DNA of 64,000 nucleotides from Eubacteriales bacterium (GTDB lineage Bacteria; Bacillota; Clostridia; Oscillospirales; QAKW01): NCBI GenBank assembly GCA_045541555.1, contig JAZQJH010000002.1, positions 13,616 to 77,615 of the forward strand, read 5' to 3'. Shown piece by piece: positions 57,298 to 64,000 of this stretch (position 1 is its first letter; each line of letters starts with the position of its first letter). The notes under the pieces were generated by a model. It saw only the letters and a program-made list of their open reading frames with translations, ran no database searches and was not told where the DNA came from. The position numbers and the translations under genes were made by a program.

Positions 57298-57349
57298 TAG
57301 CCGGGCAACTTCGTTGCGCCGGCTGATGCGGCGGATGCCCCCACTCGCT
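57272..57349 (-). pseudogene. tRNA-Pro-derived, tRNA-sized remnant (occupied attB copy)
   Basis: The last 27 nt (T-arm 3' half, acceptor, CCA) are identical to tRNA-Pro. The upstream 51 nt have diverged. The acceptor can still pair 6 of 7 positions, but there is no canonical anticodon arm. Confidence 0.5.
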
Positions 57350-57396
57350 CGCCTTTTTTCGCTGAAGCGAAAAAAGAGCAACCGCTCGGGGATGGC
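57334..57396 (-). repeat. Dispersed short repeat, copy B (inverted relative to 21952-21999)
   Basis: gatgcccccactcgctcgcc-[ttttttcgc ttca gcgaaaaaa]-gagcaaccgctcggggatggc. Confidence 0.8.
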
Positions 57397-57398
57397 GG

Positions 57399-57455
57399 GG
57401 CAAGAGGCCGCAGGTTCATGCAGTGACTTAGATAATAAAAAAGAAGTTCTCGAAA
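57399..57455 (+). repeat. 57-bp direct repeat, right copy
   Basis: Identical to 45812-45868. Its first 18 nt (caagaggccgcaggttca) are also the reverse complement of tRNA-Pro positions 57489-57506. Confidence 0.9.
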
Positions 57456-57470
57456 AAGAACTTCTTTTTT
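57437..57470 (-). terminator. Intrinsic terminator of tRNA-Pro
   Basis: aaaaaagaagttct-cgaaaa-agaacttctttttt. Confidence 0.75.
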
Positions 57471-57471
57471 A

Positions 57472-57547
57472 TGGTCCGAGTGACAGGACTTGAACCTGCG
57501 GCCTCTTGACCCCCAGTCAAGCGCGCTACCACCTGCGCCACACCCGG
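57472..57547 (-). tRNA. tRNA-Pro (anticodon GGG), CCA encoded
   Basis: The reverse complement CCGGGTGTGGCGCAGGTGGTAGCGCGCTTGACTGGGGGTCAAGAGGCCGCAGGTTCAAGTCCTGTCACTCGGACCA folds as a cloverleaf. The anticodon loop is CTGGGGG. Confidence 0.9.
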
Positions 57548-57691
57548 ATAACGCTTAGATATATTAGCACAAGGGACGGAATTTGTCAACACTATTTTTG
57601 AAAAAATTAAAGAAAGTTTTTATATACCTCTTTATTTTATTATATTATTATGTTATAATAAACTGAAATATAATGTGGGGAAGTATGTGCG

Positions 57692-58186
57692 ATGATCATT
57701 TTGGGAATAGACCCAGGGTATGCCACGGTAGGCTATGGGGTTCTGGATTATCAGCGCGGTCGGTTTCAAGTCTTGGACTATGGCGCTGTCACGACTCCTG
57801 CCGGCTTGGATTTTCCCAGTCGGTTACAAATTATATACGAGGGAATTACCGAGCTTTGCGAAAGGTTTCATCCCGATTGTATGTCGGTGGAGGAGCTCTT
57901 CTTTAATACCAATATTACGACCGGTATCCAAGTTGGTCATGCGCGCGGCGTGATCTTGCTGGCCGGGCATCAAAAAGGGGTAGAGGTTTTTGAGTATACG
58001 CCCCTGCAGGTCAAGCAGAGCGTGGTGGGGTATGGCCGGGCAGAAAAGCGGCAGGTGATGGAAATGACACGGCAGTTATTGGGTCTCTCCAGAATTCCCC
58101 GTCCGGATGACGCGGCTGATGCTTTGGCGCTGGCTATCTGCCACGCCCATAGTTCAAAATCCAGTTTATTGAGGTTAAAAGTATGA
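57692..58186 (+). CDS. ruvC: Crossover junction endodeoxyribonuclease RuvC
   Basis: MIILGIDPGYATVGYGVLD...PRPDDAADALALAICH. Confidence 0.9.
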   Translation: MIILGIDPGYATVGYGVLDYQRGRFQVLDYGAVTTPAGLDFPSRLQIIYEGITELCERFHPDCMSVEELFFNTNITTGIQVGHARGVILLAGHQKGVEVFEYTPLQVKQSVVGYGRAEKRQVMEMTRQLLGLSRIPRPDDAADALALAICHAHSSKSSLLRLKV

Positions 58187-58782
58187 TTGCATCATTAAGA
58201 GGAATGATTTTAGAAAAGACCGGCGAATCGGCGGTCATTGAATGTGGCGGCGTAGGGTTTCAGGTGCTTTTTTCGCGCCACGGTCTCGACCAGCTTAAAA
58301 GCGTCGGAGAAGAAGCCTTTGTCTTTATTCACATGGCGGTACGGGAGGATGCCATGGAGTTATATGGTTTTGCCGATCCCGATGAGCGTGATTGCTTCCG
58401 CTTGATCATCTCGGTTTCTGGCATCGGTCCCAAGGGTGCCTTGGCGATCCTTTCGGAGCTGACGCCGGATGAACTGGCTGCCAGCGTCTTGATGGGGGAT
58501 AAGGCGAATATTACGCGTGCCAAAGGCATTGGACCTAAGGTGGCGGAACGGTTGGTATTGGAATTGAAGGACAAATTCAAAGGAATGTCCGCGGTTCACA
58601 TTAATACCGCTGTATCTACCCCGATTCAGGGCACCGCCTCCAAGAGCCTGGAGATCATGGAAGCTTTGATGGCGTTAGGCTTTACCCAGCCGGAGGCCAA
58701 GCACGCCATCAACGGATTGAACCTGGAAGAATTGACGGTCGAGCAGGCCATCACGCAAGCTTTGAAAGGATTTAGCCAATGA
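58183..58782 (+). CDS. ruvA: Holliday junction branch migration complex subunit RuvA
   Basis: [12 protein letters not shown]...[15 protein letters not shown]. Confidence 0.9.
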   Translation: MIASLRGMILEKTGESAVIECGGVGFQVLFSRHGLDQLKSVGEEAFVFIHMAVREDAMELYGFADPDERDCFRLIISVSGIGPKGALAILSELTPDELAASVLMGDKANITRAKGIGPKVAERLVLELKDKFKGMSAVHINTAVSTPIQGTASKSLEIMEALMALGFTQPEAKHAINGLNLEELTVEQAITQALKGFSQ

Positions 58783-59822
58783 TTGAGAGTGATTTTGAAA
58801 ACCGCATCGTCTCTACGTCCTTTGGCGTGGAAGACGGTGAAATAGAGGATTCCCTCCGACCGCGAAAGATGGAGGACTATATTGGCCAGGCCAAAGCAAA
58901 GGAGAACTTGAAGGTCTTTATCGAAGCGGCGCGAGGCCGTGGAGAAAGCCTGGATCATTGCCTGCTTTATGGTCCTCCGGGCTTAGGAAAGACGACTTTA
59001 GCCGGTATCATCGCCAATGAGATGGGGGTAAATCTGCGCATTACGTCCGGTCCTGCCATCGAAAAGCCCGGTGACCTGGCTTCATTGATCACCAATCTTC
59101 AGCCCGGCGACGTGCTGTTTATCGATGAGATCCATCGACTTTCCCGGGCGGTGGAAGAGGTGCTGTATCCGGCGATGGAGGACTATGCGGTGGATATTAT
59201 CATCGGCAAAGGTCCTTCTGCGCGAAGTATCCGGCTGGATCTGCCGCGGTTTACGCTGATTGGAGCCACCACCCGTGCCGGTCAGATCTCTGCGCCCTTA
59301 CGTGACCGTTTTGGCGTATTGACCCGGCTGGAGCTTTATAAACCGGAAGAGCTTCGGAATATTGTCGTTCGTTCTGCCGGAATTTTGGGAATCCCTGTGG
59401 ATCCTCAGGGTGCCATGGAGATCGCAAAGCGTTCCCGCGGTACGCCGCGTATCGTGAACCGTCTTTTAAAGCGTGTTCGCGACTATGCAGAGGTAAAGGG
59501 AAACGGAATTATTACGGAAGAAATTGCCGATCTGGCATTGCAGGCTTTGGAGATCGACGGGCTTGGGCTGGATTCCATCGACCGGCGGATGCTGGAAAGC
59601 ATTATCAAAAACTTCGGCGGCGGTCCGGTGGGCTTGGAAACCTTGGCCGCTACCATTGGGGAAGAGTCTGTGACGTTGGAAGATGTCTACGAGCCGTATC
59701 TTTTGCAGATCGGATTTTTGTCCCGTACCCCCCGGGGGCGTATGGTAACCCCCCACGCTTATCAGCATTTGGGCTTAAAACCAATTAACCAGCACGCAGA
59801 GCAGCTGCGTTTTGAGGAGTAA
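58779..59822 (+). CDS. ruvB: Holliday junction DNA helicase RuvB
   Basis: [12 protein letters not shown]...[14 protein letters not shown]...LFIDEIHRL. Confidence 0.95.
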   Translation: MIESDFENRIVSTSFGVEDGEIEDSLRPRKMEDYIGQAKAKENLKVFIEAARGRGESLDHCLLYGPPGLGKTTLAGIIANEMGVNLRITSGPAIEKPGDLASLITNLQPGDVLFIDEIHRLSRAVEEVLYPAMEDYAVDIIIGKGPSARSIRLDLPRFTLIGATTRAGQISAPLRDRFGVLTRLELYKPEELRNIVVRSAGILGIPVDPQGAMEIAKRSRGTPRIVNRLLKRVRDYAEVKGNGIITEEIADLALQALEIDGLGLDSIDRRMLESIIKNFGGGPVGLETLAATIGEESVTLEDVYEPYLLQIGFLSRTPRGRMVTPHAYQHLGLKPINQHAEQLRFEE

Positions 59823-59825
59823 AAA

Positions 59826-60689
59826 ATGTGGATCGCAGATCAATGGAAAGATTATGAATTATTGGATACCTCCGGCGGTGATCGCTTGGAACGGTGGGGG
59901 GACTATATTTTAGTTCGCCCTGATCCCCAGGCCATCTGGCAGAGTGAGAAAAAAAGAGACGAATGGAAAAAGCCCAATGCGGTCTATTGCCGTTCCAAAA
60001 GCGGCGGAGGACATTGGGATATTTATTCCTTGCCCGAAAGCTGGAAGGTGCGCTATAAAGATCTGACTTTTCAGATCAAGCCGATGAACTTTAAGCACAC
60101 CGGTATTTTCCCTGAGCAGGCAACCAACTGGGATTTCATGCGCGGCTTGATTGAAAAAGCGGATCGTCCCATTAAGGTTTTGAATTTGTTTGCTTATACC
60201 GGCGGTGCCACCATGGCCTGCGCCAAGGCCGGTGCTTCGGTGGTGCACGTGGATGCTTCCAAGGGAATGGTGCAGTGGGCAAAGGAAAATGCCGTTCTTT
60301 CCGGCGTGGCAGACCGCCCCATTCGCTATTTGGTGGATGACTGCATGAAGTTTGTGGAGCGTGAGATCCGGCGTGGCAACGTCTACGACGGTATCGTGAT
60401 GGATCCGCCCTCTTACGGACGCGGTCCCGGCGGTGAGGTATGGCAGCTGGAGGATACCCTCTATCCCTTTATGACCCGGGTGTCGCAATTGCTTTCACCC
60501 AACCCCTTGTTCTTTATTTTGAATTCTTATTCCACCGGTCTTTCTGCATCGGTGATGGAATATCTTTTGCGGCTGACCTTGCCGAAAGGAATTGGCGGTC
60601 GGTTTGAAAGCGGCGAGATCGGATTACAGACATCAAACGGGATGTTTTTTCCGTCCGGCTCTGCCGCAAGATGGTTTTCGGAGGACTAA
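59826..60689 (+). CDS. Class I SAM-dependent methyltransferase (RlmI/RlmK-like catalytic domain)
   Basis: VLNLFAYTGGATMACAKAGA...IVMDPPSYGRGP. Confidence 0.7.
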   Translation: MWIADQWKDYELLDTSGGDRLERWGDYILVRPDPQAIWQSEKKRDEWKKPNAVYCRSKSGGGHWDIYSLPESWKVRYKDLTFQIKPMNFKHTGIFPEQATNWDFMRGLIEKADRPIKVLNLFAYTGGATMACAKAGASVVHVDASKGMVQWAKENAVLSGVADRPIRYLVDDCMKFVEREIRRGNVYDGIVMDPPSYGRGPGGEVWQLEDTLYPFMTRVSQLLSPNPLFFILNSYSTGLSASVMEYLLRLTLPKGIGGRFESGEIGLQTSNGMFFPSGSAARWFSED

Positions 60690-61550
60690 ATGTCAAAAAT
60701 CATTAAAGTTTCTCAATTGAATTTCGCTTATCCTGCTGAAGAGGGGAAGCCCTCGCCTTTGGCACTCCATGACGTGACCTTGGAAATTGAAGAGGGCGAG
60801 TTTGTGGCCATTCTCGGTCATAACGGATGCGGAAAGAGCACCCTGGCCAAGCACTTCAACGGCATCTTAAAGGCGGATAGCGGTAAGGTGACGGTATTGG
60901 GTCTTGATGCCTCGGATGAGGAAAACCTGATGGAGATCCGCCGTAACGTAGGAATGGTGTTTCAAAATCCCGATAACCAGTTGATCGCTACAGTGGTGGA
61001 TGAGGACGTTGCTTTTGCGCTGGAAAATCTGGGCGTACCCTATCCTGAAATGGTTCGGCGTGTGGACGAGGCGTTGGAATTGGTGGGAATGACCAAATAC
61101 CGCCATCATGCGCCCCATCGACTTTCCGGCGGTCAGAAGCAAAGAATCGCCATTGCCGGCGTGCTGGCGATGGCACCCAAATGTATTGTCTTGGATGAGC
61201 CTACCGCAATGCTGGATCCCCAGGGGCGCAAAGAGGTCATGAAAACGATTTTGCGATTGAATCGGGAAGAGGGGATAACCGTAATTCTCATCACGCATTA
61301 TATGGACGAAGCCGTGCAGGCTGACCGCGTAGTGGTAATGGGCGAGGGTGAAGTGATCCTGGACGATACCCCGCGCGAGGTATTTCAGAACGTGGGGCTT
61401 TTGCATAGCCTTTCTCTGGACGTTCCCCAGACCGCCGAATTGATGTTTGCGCTTCGTCAGGAAGATATTAAAGTCCCCATTGCCTTGCTGGGCGTGGAGG
61501 ATTGTCTGAAAGAACTGGAAAAACTATTGGGAGGTGCAAAAAATGATTAA
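60690..61550 (+). CDS. ecfA1: Energy-coupling factor transporter ATPase EcfA1
   Basis: ABC motifs GHNGCGKST, LSGGQKQRIAIAG and LDEPTAMLD, followed by ecfA2 and ecfT. Confidence 0.9.
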   Translation: MSKIIKVSQLNFAYPAEEGKPSPLALHDVTLEIEEGEFVAILGHNGCGKSTLAKHFNGILKADSGKVTVLGLDASDEENLMEIRRNVGMVFQNPDNQLIATVVDEDVAFALENLGVPYPEMVRRVDEALELVGMTKYRHHAPHRLSGGQKQRIAIAGVLAMAPKCIVLDEPTAMLDPQGRKEVMKTILRLNREEGITVILITHYMDEAVQADRVVVMGEGEVILDDTPREVFQNVGLLHSLSLDVPQTAELMFALRQEDIKVPIALLGVEDCLKELEKLLGGAKND

Positions 61551-62409
61551 AACTGAGCACCTGACCCATGCATACGGCGTGGGTACTCCTTTTGAGATTA
61601 CCGCTATTGAGGATGTCAATCTCCATATTGAGAAAGGGGATTACGTCGGCGTAATCGGTCATACCGGATCCGGTAAGAGTACCTTGATCTCTCATTTTAA
61701 TGCTATCCTTAAGCCTACTTCCGGACGGATCTTAATTGACGGTCAGGATCTTTGGGATGCGGATAAAAAGACCCGGATTCAGACGCGGTTTGACGTGGGT
61801 CTGGTATTTCAATATCCGGAATATCAGCTTTTTGAGGAGACGGTTTATAAAGATATTGCCTTTGGTCCCAAAAACATGGGGCTTTCGGAGGATGAGATCC
61901 ATAAACGGGTGGAAAAGGCTGTTGAGTTTGTGGGGCTCAGTCGCTCTGTTTTAGAAAAATCTCCTTTTGATCTTTCCGGCGGTCAAAAGCGCCGCGTCGC
62001 AATTGCCGGCGTAATGGCGCTGGAGCCGAAGGTTTTGATTTTGGATGAGCCGGCCGCCGGCTTGGATCCGCGCGGCAGAGATGAAATCCTTGCCCGCATT
62101 CGGGATTATCATAAAGAGACCAAAAGTACGGTATTGCTGGTCTCCCATTCCATGGAGGATATTAGCCGTAACGCCAATTCCATTCTGGTGATGAATAAAG
62201 GACGTTGCGCCATGCACGCTTCGGTGCCGGAGATCTTTGAACGTGCCGATGAGCTGGTCGAGATGGGATTGGATGTACCGCATATTACGAAGGTCTTTAT
62301 TTCGTTGCAGGAAAAAGGTTATCCCGTTTCCAAAAATATTTATACGGTGGAGCAAGGGAAGGCTGAATTGATGCGCCTTTTGAAGAAGGGCGGTGATGGT
62401 CGTGCTTAA
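61543..62409 (+). CDS. ecfA2: Energy-coupling factor transporter ATPase EcfA2
   Basis: GHTGSGKST, LSGGQKRRVAIAG. I prefer the ATG at 61543, after GGGAGGTG. Confidence 0.9.
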   Translation: MIKTEHLTHAYGVGTPFEITAIEDVNLHIEKGDYVGVIGHTGSGKSTLISHFNAILKPTSGRILIDGQDLWDADKKTRIQTRFDVGLVFQYPEYQLFEETVYKDIAFGPKNMGLSEDEIHKRVEKAVEFVGLSRSVLEKSPFDLSGGQKRRVAIAGVMALEPKVLILDEPAAGLDPRGRDEILARIRDYHKETKSTVLLVSHSMEDISRNANSILVMNKGRCAMHASVPEIFERADELVEMGLDVPHITKVFISLQEKGYPVSKNIYTVEQGKAELMRLLKKGGDGRA

Positions 62410-63205
62410 GGATATTACCATTGGGCAATATTTCCCGGGAAATTCTTTTATGCATCGGCTGGATCCGCGGATGAAGCTTTTGCTGACCCTTCTTTACGTT
62501 GTGATGCTGTTTTTGGTACCCGACTTTTGGGGATTCTTAGTTGTTGGAATCCTGCTCGGTCTGGTGGTGGCATTTTCCGGTGTATCCTTGAGAGTGGTAT
62601 TCCGCGGATTAAAACCGCTTCTGTTTATCATCGTGTTCACTGCATTTTTTAATGTCCTTTATGGCGGCGGAGAACCGCTTTTCCCGGAGATCAGCTGGCT
62701 TGCCTGGATCAAGACGGATGGTGTACGAAATGCGCTTTTTATGATCATTCGAATCGTACTGCTGATTTTGGGCACCTCGTATCTGACCTATACCACCAGC
62801 CCGGTGATGTTGACGGATGCTATGGAACGATTACTGAGACCGCTCAAGGTCTTTCGTTTTCCGGTGCATGAGCTTGCCATGATGATGACCATCGCCCTGC
62901 GGTTTATCCCGACCTTGATTGATGAAACAGATAAGATCATCAACGCGCAAAAGGCGCGCGGAGCCGACTTTGAGACCGGGAATATCATCCGCCGCGCGAA
63001 GGCGCTGATTCCCATTTTAATTCCTCTTTTGATCTCTGCCTTCCGCAGAGCGGAGGAGCTGGCAGATGCTATGGAATGCCGGTGCTATCATGGCGGTGAG
63101 GGAAGAACCCGCTATAAGGTCTATTCTTTTGCCTGGCGTGATTGGCTGGCTTTGAGCGTTGTTGCGCTTGCAATGGGGATCGTTATACTAATGATGATTG
63201 GATAA
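62396..63205 (+). CDS. ecfT: Energy-coupling factor transporter transmembrane protein EcfT
   Basis: CbiQ-like polytopic protein with the RFIPTLIDETDKIINAQKARG motif. Confidence 0.85.
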   Translation: MVVLKDITIGQYFPGNSFMHRLDPRMKLLLTLLYVVMLFLVPDFWGFLVVGILLGLVVAFSGVSLRVVFRGLKPLLFIIVFTAFFNVLYGGGEPLFPEISWLAWIKTDGVRNALFMIIRIVLLILGTSYLTYTTSPVMLTDAMERLLRPLKVFRFPVHELAMMMTIALRFIPTLIDETDKIINAQKARGADFETGNIIRRAKALIPILIPLLISAFRRAEELADAMECRCYHGGEGRTRYKVYSFAWRDWLALSVVALAMGIVILMMIG

Positions 63206-63212
63206 AGTTTTT

Positions 63213-63989
63213 ATGCCGCAAAAATTGCTTTTAAAAATTCGATATAACGGCGCGGCCTTTGTGGGCTGGCAGGTGCAAAAGAACGGAAAATCCGTCCAGG
63301 AGCAGATGCAGGATGCCATCGAGGAAATTTTTGGAGAGCGCGTCGGTGTGACCGGCTGTAGCCGAACCGATAGCGGTGTTCATGCTATGGAGTATTGCCT
63401 ATGCTTTGATCCCCCGCGCCCGATGGAGCTGAAGCGTATCCCCTTTGCGCTGAATTCGGTGCTTCCGGATAGTATCAGCGTCCTTTCTTGCCAAGAGGTA
63501 GATGCGGATTTTCATCCGCGTTATCATGCGGTGGCGAAAGAGTATATTTATCGGTTTTACGATGGCTTTGCACCGGATCCTTTCAAAAACGGATTGGCAT
63601 TTCATGAGCGTAAAGGATTGGATGCGGAATTAATGAACCGCGCAGCCAAGCATTTTTTGGGCACGCATGATTTTAAAGCCTTTATGTCCACCGGTTCTAA
63701 AATTGAAGATACGGTGCGGACGATCTATTATAGTGCGGTGGAGCGTCAGGGGAATGACGTGTTGTTCCGCGTGGTGGGGGATGGGTTCCTCTATAACATG
63801 GTTCGTATCATGGCAGGTACGTTGCTTTTTATTTCGATGGGACGAATCCCGGAAAGGGCGCTTCCTGCGATCATCGAGCAGGGCGCGCGTGCTGCCTGCG
63901 GAAAGACCATGCCGGCCTATGGGCTATACTTAAACAAAGTTTATTATGATCGAGAGGAGGTGCCTCATGAGGCGGGAAAAGATGAATGA
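63213..63989 (+). CDS. truA: tRNA pseudouridine(38-40) synthase TruA
   Basis: YNGAAFVGWQVQ...GCSRTDSGVHA...FLYNMVRIMAG. Confidence 0.9.
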   Translation: MPQKLLLKIRYNGAAFVGWQVQKNGKSVQEQMQDAIEEIFGERVGVTGCSRTDSGVHAMEYCLCFDPPRPMELKRIPFALNSVLPDSISVLSCQEVDADFHPRYHAVAKEYIYRFYDGFAPDPFKNGLAFHERKGLDAELMNRAAKHFLGTHDFKAFMSTGSKIEDTVRTIYYSAVERQGNDVLFRVVGDGFLYNMVRIMAGTLLFISMGRIPERALPAIIEQGARAACGKTMPAYGLYLNKVYYDREEVPHEAGKDE

Positions 63990-64000
63990 GTCCGGCGAAA

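Noticed and set aside
56879-57403. 174-aa minus-strand ORF overlapping the recombinase 3' end and attR.
   Set aside because: It is antisense to the serine recombinase gene and crosses the att junction and repeat sequences. It has no RBS or recognisable domain.
1-64000. CRISPR arrays, rRNA operons and transposase-bearing IS elements.
   Set aside because: I saw no regularly spaced short repeats, no rRNA-like sequence and no transposase ORFs. The only recombinase is the large serine recombinase at 55472-57166.

Overview
This 64-kb window is from a moderately GC-rich, spore-forming Clostridia-type (Firmicutes) chromosome and is mostly housekeeping. Core content: hydG-hydE plus a TM1266-type regulator, galK, clpB, spoIIAA-spoIIAB-sigF, a ttcA-like gene with valS and folC, rplM-rpsI, a PiT/DUF47 phosphate module, ruvCAB, ecfA1-ecfA2-ecfT-truA and three tRNAs (Gln-CUG, CAU, Pro-GGG). 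There is also a purine cluster behind a ZTP (pfl) riboswitch: purE, purF-like, purM, purN, purO-like, purH (AICARFT only), purD, purL, fhs. The main accessory region is a visibly AT-richer island at about 45.8-57.5 kb, next to tRNA-Pro(GGG). It has a MATE efflux cassette bounded by inverted hairpin modules. It also has a ~9.5-kb large-serine-recombinase element with a TnpV / ParB-like / TnpW-like / TnpX-like backbone. The attL, attR, attP and attB sites of that element can be reconstructed from the sequence, and a second, empty attB sits 175 bp away at the intact tRNA. The element's cargo is one terminator-bounded operon: an XRE controller-like HTH, an 831-aa Type IIG-like nuclease-methylase-TRD fusion, a 272-aa protein I cannot place by eye, and a translationally coupled 377-aa ClpB-D2-like AAA+ ATPase. 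I consider this the best candidate for a poorly characterised or novel phage-defence system. The last two genes resemble, from memory, the Dodola DolA/DolB architecture, here fused operonically to an RM enzyme. Other points: a ~700-nt ORF-free region with a near-consensus promoter inside the element, a dispersed repeat with a covarying central hairpin, a duplicated rpsI 3' end, a PurF-like enzyme without the N-terminal Cys, a PTS-like protein with both phospho-sites substituted, and two decayed genes.
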